Notes: generated by a model from the letters alone, not told the origin. Positions 39,045 through 48,488 are shown, numbered from the stretch's first letter. The stretch is DNA of 64,000 bases from Vicugna vicugna (GCA_013265495.1 MU058289.1:248001-312000), one strand, 5' to 3'. Numbers and translations: made by a program.

Positions 39045-41435
39045 CTGGCGCAGCGCCGAGGCCGGGGCCCTGGGGGCCCACAATCCACGCCACGGAATCC
39101 CCGAGGTAACGGGCAGGGAGGTGAGGCGCGCTGGCCCCTAAGAGTGGGGCTGGGAGGCGGTCACTTGAGGCTCTAAGGGATGGAGCTAGAGCACCAAGTC
39201 CTGGGTCCTGAGAGTGAGGGTACCCGGTGTTTGGAGGGGCAGAAGGCCCAGACTCCTTGGTCGTGATAGAGGAGCGGCTGGGATTCTGGACTCCTGAGTC
39301 CCAGGGGGGCGGGGGCGTTAAAGGACTGGGGATCCGGTATCCTAGGACCCGCGGGTGAAAGCGCTGGGAGCCCGGACGCCTGGGTCCTGGGAGGAGGGGG
39401 CTGGCGGCCTGGACTCCAAGCTCCAGAAAGAGGCTGGATCGTGTCCTTGGGGGGCGTGGTTGTTTAAAATCAGCCAAGGTTTCAGTGGGGAACGTCCGGC
39501 GCTTGGCCGCAGGGATCCACGCTGGTCGTGACCCTGCCTCCGCCTCGGGATTTCCCGAGTCACCACTCGGCCTGGGTCCCGGGGCTGAGGAGGAATTCCC
39601 CACGTGCGCCACGCTTGGCCACGCATCGCGTCTCAGAGCCGGACACCTGGGGCGCGGGGCAGAGAGGAAGAGGGAGGTGGAAGATTCCCTTGCGTGAGCT
39701 CTGTGACGTCAGCGCGTCGCGTCTGGGCTGTTTCCGAGCCCGCCCTACTCCGCTTAACTCTTTCTCAGCCGGAACTGAGCTCGGAAGGGTGAGGGCTGAG
39801 GGTTGAGGGCCTGGCCTTCCTGGGTCGTGCGAACCAGGAGTCTGGAAACTGGGGCTCCTAGGTCCTAGGGAGCAGTAGGCTGAGAGCCCGGACTTCTGGG
39901 TCCTGGGGAAGGGGGTGCGGGTCTCCCAGACTCCTTCGGGTTGAGGCTGGGCTCCTGGCCCTGAAGAGAGGGCGAGGTCTGAACCTTTGGATCCCTGATG
40001 AGCTAGGGGGCTATCGGCTTCGTGGTTTCTCGGAGAGAGGGGCTGGGGACTCGGATGGCTGGTTTCTTGAGGAAAGGGTATCAGGGCAGCTTCCAGAGCA
40101 GAGAGATAATTGGGATATGTGCGTCTCTGGGAAGGGATGTCCGGCGACGCCCGGAATCCCTCAGTATTGGGAGATCTGGGGGTGAGGTGGAGTGGGATTT
40201 TTCACGGAAGTGGCGGGGGGGGGGTTGCAGCAGAGGGCACCCTCCACCCCCTTCCTCATTTTCCACGACGCTGGTGGAAAGTTGGGTCAGAGGGGAAAGT
40301 GCGGAGCAAAAGGAAGGAAACGGCGGAGGCGGCGCAGCACTCGAAATCTTAGATTGGCTTTGGAGTTCTCAGGCGGCATCAGTGTGCCAGTTTTTCCGCG
40401 CGGGAGGGCGATCAAATCCACGCCCCCGCGTACTTGGGTGACTTAAGGACCCCTGATAACTTCCCTCCCACCTCACCCCGCAGTGAGCCGGAATGAGCGC
40501 AGCCACTGCCCATCACAGACGGTGAAGAAACTCCTGGAAGAACAGAGGCGCCGCCAGCAGCAGCCTGACGCTGCTGGGCTACCGGTGAGGCCCGTGAAGC
40601 CCTGTAAACTACAACTCCCATGAGGCCATGTCTGTTGGGCAGGGGCTTGCTGCCTTGCTGGGCCCTCAGGGCTGACTCAGATGCCCTGTAGGTTGGGGAA
40701 TGGGTGCTGAGGACTCTGCCAGATAAATTCACCCTTGTTTCTTTTTGCTTCTGCCTCTACAGGGACAGTTCCCGCTTCCCCTGGCCCAGCCTCTGGCTCC
40801 ATCTGTGAATGAAGGTGAAGCTAGTAAGTCTGGAAACTTACCTGGTTCCCTCAGCTCCCAGCCCCAGCTTCCCTCAGGGACTCAAACATCCCAACTCTCA
40901 GAAATTTAGGGAATTTAGGAGTTAGGCCCTGATTCTTGCTGAGACCTGGAAGAAGTTTGATCTCCCGAAGTCTCAGGGGCCCAGGCTCCCAGCCTTTCGG
41001 TGCTCTAGGAGTCTAGGCCCTCAACCCCTTAGTGTCCCAGGTGCCTAGGTCCTCAAAATCCAAACTTCCAACCCCTTGGTGTCCCAGGATTCTGGGTCCA
41101 AGCCCTGTGGTGCCCCAGAAGTACTTGCTTTCAGTAACTTGGGAGACTCCAGGTTTCTGTCTGGACTGTGACTTCCCTAACTCTGGTAACCAGGCCTGCC
41201 CCTGCTCCTCCTCTCACATGCAGGCCATACTCACTTCCCAGCACACCAGGAGACTGTGGGTTCTGGACTTGGCAGCCTGGCCCCCTCCACGGGCTTTCCA
41301 GACTGGAACCCCAACACGCATGCTGCCTACACAGACAGCCACTACTCTTACCCTGCTTCTGCTGCTGACGTTTTCCTGGCTCCTGACTTCTACCCACCCT
41401 CGGACCCAGGGCGGCCGTGTCCGTTTCCCCCGGGG
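39045..41435 (+). CDS. NFKBID: Putative CUG-initiated 145-aa N-terminal extension of IkBNS (long NFKBID isoform)
   Basis: Exons 39045-39105, 40484-40584, 40763-40823 and 41224-41435 splice GT-AG without a stop, in frame with the AUG at 41436. The CTG context is gAgaCTGG. Confidence 0.6.
39480..39790 (+). promoter_or_regulatory. NF-kB/CRE-responsive NFKBID promoter/enhancer with alternative non-coding first exon
   Basis: kB-like sites GGGAACGTCC 39488-39497, GGGATTTCCC 39547-39556, GGAATTCCCC 39592-39601 and GGAAGATTCCC 39679-39689; E-box 39601-39606; perfect CRE TGACGTCA 39704-39711; donor AGG|gtgagg after 39788. Confidence 0.75.
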
Positions 41436-44400
41436 ATGGAGGTGAGATTCAGAGTGGGAACAGGATGCTGAAGGGCCCCCAAGATTCCCAGTTGTCCTCA
41501 TGCAGCATCCTGAGATGTCTGGGGCTAGATTAAGATCCCATTCCTCAGATGGGCAAAACTGAGGCCCAAAGGTCCAGGGTCACTTGGTACAAATGGGACA
41601 CCCAACCACTCTACCTGGCACTCTGTATGTGTATATGTCTGTGGTGGGCTAGGAAGAGGGGATTCTCAGCTGACTGGCTCTCTCCACCACCTACACCCTT
41701 CAGGAGCCCCTGGATACCCGGCTCTATGTAGACCCTTCCCTGCCACAGACGGGATCCTGGAGAGGTTCTGGACTCCCCTCAGGACCCCCACAGTTGCCCC
41801 CTGTGGTCACCGGACCATCCCTGGACACTGCCCGTGCTCACATGCTGGCTTTAGGGCCACAGAACCTGCTGGCCCAGGATGAGGAGGGAGACACGTGAGT
41901 ATAGGGGAGTGGAGTTTGCAGGCTTCCTGCTCAGCTAGGGTGCTGTGCTCACTGCTGCCCCCCACTCATCCTCAGGTTCCTGCACCTGTTTGCGGCTCGG
42001 GGGATGCGCTGGGCAGCATACGCTGCAGCTGAGCTGCTCCAAGCTTACAGACATCTGGACATTCGTGAGCATAAGGGCAAGGTGAGGGCCAGGGGCTTGG
42101 ATTTCTGGATCTGAGGGCAGAGGGTTTGGGGGCTTGGATTCCTGGTTTTCAGACGGGAGGGGACTAAGGGGCTGAGGGCCCAGACTGATGTTTCCTGATA
42201 CCTGCAGACCCCTCTCCTGGTGGCTGCTGCTGCCAACCAGCCCCTGATTGTGGAGGATCTACTGAACCTGGGAGCTGAACCCAATGCCACTGATCATCAA
42301 GGACGTTCTGTCTTGCATGTGGCCGCTACGTATGGGCTCCCAAGGGTCCTCTCGGTATGTCCAGCTGGAAGTGGGATGAATGAGATGGACTGGTTGCCTA
42401 GATCCTAGCTTCCAGAACTAGGAGACCTGGGGAGACTCTAACCCAGCACTCTGCCCTTTCCTTCTCCTAGGCTGTGATTAACTCAGGGGTTCGCGTTGAC
42501 CTAGAAGCCAGAGACTTCGAGGGTAAGTTGGGTGGTGGAGAGGGTGGGTGTGGCTAGTGGGCTGCGTGGGATGAGAGCTCCAGATGCAGAGCCCTCCCTG
42601 TCTCTACTCTGCAGGCCTCACTCCACTCCACACAGCCATCCTGGCCCTCAATGTTGCTATGCACCCTCCTGACCTATGTCCCACGGTGCTGAGTACCCAG
42701 GCCCAAGACAGGCTGGCTTGCGTCCAGATGTTGCTGCAGATGGGTGCTGACCACACCAGCCAGGTGAGCTGGGCAGTGGGCAGCTGGCCCCTAGGAGGGC
42801 ATGTGGGATGGGGGCTCCTGGATGTCCAGGGCCTCTCAACAAATGCTGACTTGTCTCTTCCCAGCTGTGTGACCTTAAGCACATTACTTGACTTCTCTGT
42901 GCCCCAGTTGTCAACTGTGAATAACATTACTGACCTTAGCTTATATTTATCAAGCACTTACTAGTCATCAAGCACTGAGTGTCATGGATTAGCTCATTGA
43001 ATCTCCACAAACACCCTTTGATGCGTGTGCCATTATTACTTTCTCTGTTTCACTGATAAAAAAACTGAGGCACAAGGACTCAAAAATCTTATAGCTTATG
43101 AGTGTCAAAGAGGGAATTAAAACTCAGGTGGGCTGACCCCAAAATCTAGCTTTTAATAATTATACCTTCCTCCTTCCTGACAGTAACTCCTTCACAGGCT
43201 GGCTGAGAATTAAACATCCATTCATTGTTTTGGGCTTTTTTTTTTTTCCAGTTAAAGAATTTTGAACACAGATAAAGTACAGAAAGTAATATAATGAGCT
43301 CACGTACCCAACATCAATAACCAGCAACTCATAGCCGGTCTTGTCCCATCCATTTCTCTGCTCTCCTGTATTATTTTTAAGCAAATTCAGGCATAAGATT
43401 TTATCCATAAATGTCTGTATGTCTTTAAAAGATAAGAAATATTCCACCTTAAAAATAATTAACCGTCTCATACATAATATCAAATATCCTGACGGTGTTC
43501 AAATTTTCGTTTGGCTCTAAAGTGACATATGTTTACTTTTTTTATAAAACAAACAACTAGGATCCAAATAAAACCCACACATTGCAATGATATGTCCTTT
43601 TACACTGACATTTAGAACTTACTCTCCATCTCTTTCTTTTTTCTTCATAATTTATTTAGTGAACCAACTAAGTTGTTTTGCCCTATATAAACACAAAATT
43701 TTTAATGTTTACTGTCATTACAGACGCTTTAAAGGCACCTAATGGGGGGAGGGTATAGCTCAAGTGGTACAGCGCATGCTTAGCATGCACGAGGTCCTGG
43801 GTTCAATCCCCCGTACCTCCTCCAGACATAAATAAATAAATAAACCTAATTACCTCCCCCTCATAAAACAAAGAAAAAAAAAAAGGAAAGGCACATAATA
43901 AAGTCTCATTATGGAAAGTGCTTTTATTTGCTTCAAACGATGAAGAGAACAATTCAGTATGGAAGTAGATACAAGCTTAGGTTGTCCACTGATTAACACT
44001 GCTCAACTCTCATCCTTGTAAAGTACAGCCCACGTGGGATGTGGGTGCATTTTACTGTGTTTAATAGAATGTGGGGTGGCCAGTGCAGCTGCTAGTCCAG
44101 AGAGCTCCTTTGGAGGAACGGAAAAGGAGTCTTTATCTTAAAGATGCTTCGGCTGGAAAATTGTCTTAATAAATGTACAGTTCTGTGATGCGTGTGATCT
44201 GAATGGTACCCCCATAACCTGGTGTTCTTGTACAGTGCACAACACATACAACCATATAGGGCCGCTTCTACAGCCCAGGTCAGCTAAAGCTGAATCCTTG
44301 GTACCCGCGAGTGCTTGCAAAGGGGAGACAGGGTCTCTAAAGTCTCTCGGGTTCCATGAGAGAAGGCCTGAGTGTGAGAACTAGCCTGACCTCTACCATT

Positions 44401-45703
44401 CCCCACCCCACAGGAGATCAAGAGCAACAAGACTGTTCTGCACTTGGCCGTGCAGGCTGCCAACCCTACTCTGGTTCAGCTGCTGCTGGAGCTGCCACGG
44501 GGAGACCTGCGGGCCTTTGTCAACATGAAGGTGGGGGCCTAGGCTGGAATGTGCAGATGGTGTGAGAAATGGCAGACAGGGGCAGGGGGATATTAGGAGG
44601 CCTGTGGGCTGTGGCTGTGGAGGGGACAATGCATGGGACATGGGCGGGGACTACATAGGATGAGGACGTAGACTGGGGGCCTGTGTCCAGCATAGGCCGA
44701 GGGGTGTGTGGAATGTGGTTGTGGAGGAGGTTCTGGGATGTGAAAGGGGGCATGTGGGATGTGGATGAGGCAGAATGTGAGGTTGAGGCCCAGGCCAGCT
44801 GAGTCTGAGTCCTTAGCAATCCTCCCTTCGCTCTCCCCAGGCCCATGGGAATACAGCCCTCCACATGGCGGCCGCCCTGCCCCCAGGGCCGGCCCAGGAG
44901 GCCATTGTGCGGCGCCTGCTGGCAGCTGGGGCGGATCCAACACTGCGCAACCTGGAGAATGAGCAGCCTGTCCACTTGCTGCGGCCCGGGCCGGGCCCCG
45001 AGGTGGTGAGCAGTGACCCCACCCTGACTTCAGGGTGACCTAACCTGGTGAACTCCTGACCCCACCCTTTCCTGCCTTTAGAGGGTGACCTGTAATCTCA
45101 GGAGGTGACTTCGACCCTTATCCAACCGTGACTTCAAAATGTGCCCCTTGACCTCAGTGTTTGATCCCTTGCCTTGTACTGGTGGCTCCTCCTGACCTCT
45201 GTTTCAACTCTGACTTAAAGTATGACCTCTACTTCCAACCCTGAATCCTGACCTCAAGGAATGACCTTTGATCCTCAAGTATGACCTTTAGCCCCCTGCC
45301 CCTGAACTCTTAGTCCTGACCTCAAAGTGGGATTTTGTTCTCACCTCAAATATGACTCTGACCCCTCGCCTCTCCTGTTTGACTCCGCGTCCTCAATGCT
45401 AGTCCCCAGGTGGGAACCTCCTACCAGCCACACCTTTCCCTTCATCCCCAGTTCTGGCTCCTGAGCCTTTACTCAGTGTGTGAATGAACCTTCACCCCCA
45501 AGCCCACGTCTTGCCTCAGAACCTCTGAGCTTCAAACTCAATTAGCCTCACTCACTTCTCCTCTCTAACCCCCAACTTCATGGGGTACGTCTGCCCCACC
45601 TCTCCTTGCAGCCTCCCAAACTCCTCGCCCTGCTTTGTCTCGTCCACAGCTCCGGCAGCTGTTGAAGAGGAGCCGTGTGGCAACCCCAGGCCTGTCCTCT
45701 TAG
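41436..45703 (+). CDS. NFKBID: NF-kappa-B inhibitor delta (IkBNS), ankyrin-repeat nuclear IkB, AUG-initiated form of 328 aa (313 aa with the downstream acceptor)
   Basis: Exons 41436-41441, 41704(or 41749)-41894, 41976-42081, 42208-42354, 42471-42522, 42615-42763, 44414-44530, 44841-45005, 45650-45703, all GT-AG and in phase. Ankyrin repeats DEEGDTFLHL, GKTPLLVAA, GRSVLHVAA, GLTPLHTAI, NKTVLHLAV, GNTALHMAA; ends LRQLLKRSRVATPGLSS*. Confidence 0.96.
43744..43886 (+). mobile_element. Young tRNA-Ala-derived SINE (camelid Vic-1-like) in an NFKBID intron
   Basis: GGGGGGAGGGTATAGCTCAAGTGGTACAGCGCATGCTTAGCATGCACGAGGTCCTGGGTTCAATCCCC with A and B boxes, a (TAAA)n tail and poly-A. TSD aaaggcacctaat 43731-43743 / aaaggcacataat 43887-43899. 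Confidence 0.92.
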
Positions 45704-45919
45704 GACTCAAACCCAGAACCTGGACTGATTTTCCAGTCCCCACCGTCCTGTGGGACAGCCAGCGTATGCTAATGTTGCAAATCCATGATAATGTATGTGG
45801 AATGTCCTGCCATTGGGGTCTTACATTAAAACCCCACAATGGCTGCTGGGGGGTAAACAGTCCCCAATATTTGGGGTGGTATGTTACCCCTCCCCCACCC
45901 ACAAGGGGCCCCTTTGATG

Positions 45920-45961
45920 ATTTCTGTGAAATTGAGGCCCCTTGATTGTTTCTGTGAAACA
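45920..45961 (+). promoter_or_regulatory. Two tandem constitutive decay elements (Roquin-binding CDE stem-loops) in the NFKBID 3' UTR
   Basis: ATTTC-TGT-GAAAT 45920-45932 and TGTTTC-TGT-GAAACA 45947-45961 match the UUCYRYGAA triloop consensus. NFKBID is an established Roquin target. Confidence 0.9.
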
Positions 45962-46290
45962 CCCTGGACCCCTAACCCTTTCCCCACCGGGATTTTTTGG
46001 GATCCCCTCCCCTAACTCGTTCTTTACGCCTGGAACCCCACATGTAATTCCCCTGCATGGTACTTGGGTTACTCCTAAACAGCTTCCAGTACCATCCCAG
46101 TAGAGCTCCTAAGATGACCCCCTTAACCTCCCCAGGACCCGCTCCCTTCAGGTCCTTAGCCCTAAAACAGGAAAGCCTCTCCTGGGTTAGGGTCCCCTAG
46201 GTCCTACTGCTTCTTAATTCAGAACCCAACCAGGCCCCTGTCCCAGAACTCAGTATTTCCAGTGAATCCCTCCCCTGTCTGAAAGCCTCT

Positions 46291-46296
46291 ATTAAA
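46291..46296 (+). terminator. Probable NFKBID polyadenylation signal ATTAAA
   Basis: Variant hexamer about 590 nt after the stop, followed by a GT-rich stretch (gattgtgtaat). Confidence 0.6.
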
Positions 46297-46389
46297 CTCA
46301 ATTTGAACTAGAGCTATGATTGTGTAATCTCTAATCATTGGTGCAGGGACGCGGCTGAGGAATCATGTTTGGATGAGTGTGTCTGGGTG

Positions 46390-46872
46390 GGTGTTACAGC
46401 AGATGCCGTGGGTGCCCAGTCCATACCCCATCACCCTCTCAGCGCCTGCTGGTCTGACTGCCAGGGCCAGCACAGGAATCTGCCTGTGGGCATTCTCAGA
46501 CCACCCGTGCCCAGTTTGCCCTGGGTGTGAGTGTGGCAAGAGCCAAATGCCAGGAGATTCCTGCCACTTGCCACTCCAGCAGCCCTCAACCAGTGACTGA
46601 CTGGTAGGAGACAACGGTACGTGAGTAGCCCAGGCCCCTCGCCTCTGTGGGGATAGCTCAGAAGTACATGTTCTGCTTGGGCTCTCAGAGCTCCGCGATG
46701 AATGAAGATCTGGCTCCCCACAGTGGCTCTGGCTTGACAACATACCGTTTCTTGGCTGCTTTCCCCTTTGTGTGTCACTTTCTGCCTCCCCTAGGAATGT
46801 TCTCCACCCCTTCCAGATAATCTTGTCCCCAAAGCCTTGCCTCAGCCTCTGCTTCTGGAGAAGCCCAAACAG
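46390..46872. mobile_element. ERVL-type solo LTR relic (LTR33-like, opposite orientation to 27778)
   Basis: Ends ...ccccaaagccttgcctcagcctctgcttctggagaagcccaaac; family assignment from memory. Confidence 0.5.
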
Positions 46873-47019
46873 CACTCCTTTCTCATACCTGCCCTGCAGC
46901 CTCTGCTCTGGCCTCCATCCCAGGCTCTTCACTCCAGGAAGCCCTCAGACTCACTGTAGCCCCTCACTGCTCAGAGCCTCCCAGACCACAAACTAAGTAC
47001 ACTTCAGGGTATGTGCCAG

Positions 47020-47400
47020 TATCTGTATCCCAAAATTTAAGGCTTAAAACAACCACCATTTTTTTGTTCATGATTCTGCAATCTGGACTGGGCTGAGCTA
47101 GGCAGTCCTACAGTCTTGCTTTGGTCACTCATGTGGCTGCAGTCAGCTAGACGCCCGATGGGGTTGGACACCTGCACTCACGTGTCTGATAGCTCGGCTG
47201 AGATGTTGGAACCCCTGAGAGTGAGCCGAGCATCCCTTTCCATGTGGTCTCTCCAGGAGGGTAGGGGGATCTCTCCACGGGGTGGCTCCAAGAAGTTTTC
47301 CAAGAGAGTGAGCCCCTGCTTGCATCCTGCTTGCTGATACCCCATTGGTCAAAGTCAGTCACGTGACCAGGCCCAGAATCAATGAAGGGAGGGGTAGCAC
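47020..47400. mobile_element. MaLR (MLT1-type) LTR relic
   Basis: cccaaaatttaaggcttaaaacaaccaccatt...ttcatgattctgcaatctggactgggctgagctaggcag...cccattggtcaaagtcagtcacgtgaccaggcccaga. Confidence 0.65.
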
Positions 47401-47769
47401 ATAAGGACAAGAATATTGGCTGGGTGGACTTATCAGTGGTGCCAGGACAAGTCTTCCACATCTGATGCCTTGGACCAGTACGCGTGTGCTCTTCTGTGTG
47501 TACTCACATAGTGGCAGCTGACCTATGAAAAATTCATAAAAATATGTTGTGTTTCATCAATTCTAAGAAGAACTTAATTTGAATTCATCTTACAGTCAAC
47601 TATGTGGCATAATTTAACATCTGCATTTTTTTCCTTTGTGGTACCTAAAATGATAGTACTTCTTATTATTTATGGCGCTTTTGATTCTGTTGACATACAA
47701 GATGTATGTCCTGACATGTATCAACACACACACACACACCACTAACATAATAGTAAATAAACTAGTTAA

Positions 47770-47856
47770 TTAATTTTGATGGAGGTAGTGGGGACTGAAC
47801 CCAGGACCTGGTGCATGCCAAGCACACACTCTACCACTGAGCTATACTCTCCCCCC
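47770..47856 (-). mobile_element. tRNA-Ala-derived SINE, older/shorter copy
   Basis: ggaggtagtggggactgaacccaggacctggtgcatgccaagcacacactctaccactgagctatactctccccc. Confidence 0.8.
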
Positions 47857-48474
47857 ACCCCCAGAAACTGCATTATTAAAAGAAGAATTAAATTGTTTTC
47901 AGTGGGAAAAGAAGAGTAGCTTGGGGGCACAAAAGCAACAAATGAGCAATAGCAAAGTTATTTTTCCTGCTGGAATTTCAATAAAAACAGTGTTTTTAAA
48001 CTAATTACTGTAAGAATTGCCATTAAAATGCAATATTATTAAGGAATCATGCACTGAGCATATTGAGCAAAGTGGCCTTTTATTGTCTATCCCACCTGCT
48101 TGGAGCTCCTTACCCATTGTTAGCCTGTTAACCACCCTTAGCTATGAAAATACAAAGGCAGTTTTTCCCCTGCTTGTGGTGCTAGTTATGAGTTTCTGCT
48201 AGGGTACACTTGATGGTATAGCCAGTATCAGAATAATGTTGCAAACTGGGTTCGTAATGAAACTGGGGCCTTGCATCCAACTTGCATCATGTAGACATCT
48301 TCCCCTCAATACCTACCCTCTATATTTAATATATGTGACCTATATTTACGTGTATATATTATGAAGAGCCACTGTGAGCTCATAGATCTTTTGGGAGAAT
48401 TAAAAATAGGTGGTCCCTCCCTTAGCCATCTGTCAGGAAATTGTGCAATCCTGACATTAGAACAAGGCACACTA

Positions 48475-48488
48475 CTGCCATCTGCTGG
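48475..48488 (-). promoter_or_regulatory. Candidate CTCF site
   Basis: CCAGCAGATGGCAG on - fits CCASYAGRKGGCRS at all 14 positions. Confidence 0.55.

Noticed and set aside
40438..40483. Potential intron gtgact...cag joining the Arg-rich ORF to NFKBID exon 2
   Set aside because: Only 46 nt, below the practical minimum for a mammalian spliceosomal intron.
43744..43820. Possible genuine tRNA-Ala(AGC) gene
   Set aside because: It has a SINE tail, poly-A, a TSD, three diverged sibling copies in the window and imperfect stems; it is a retroposon head.
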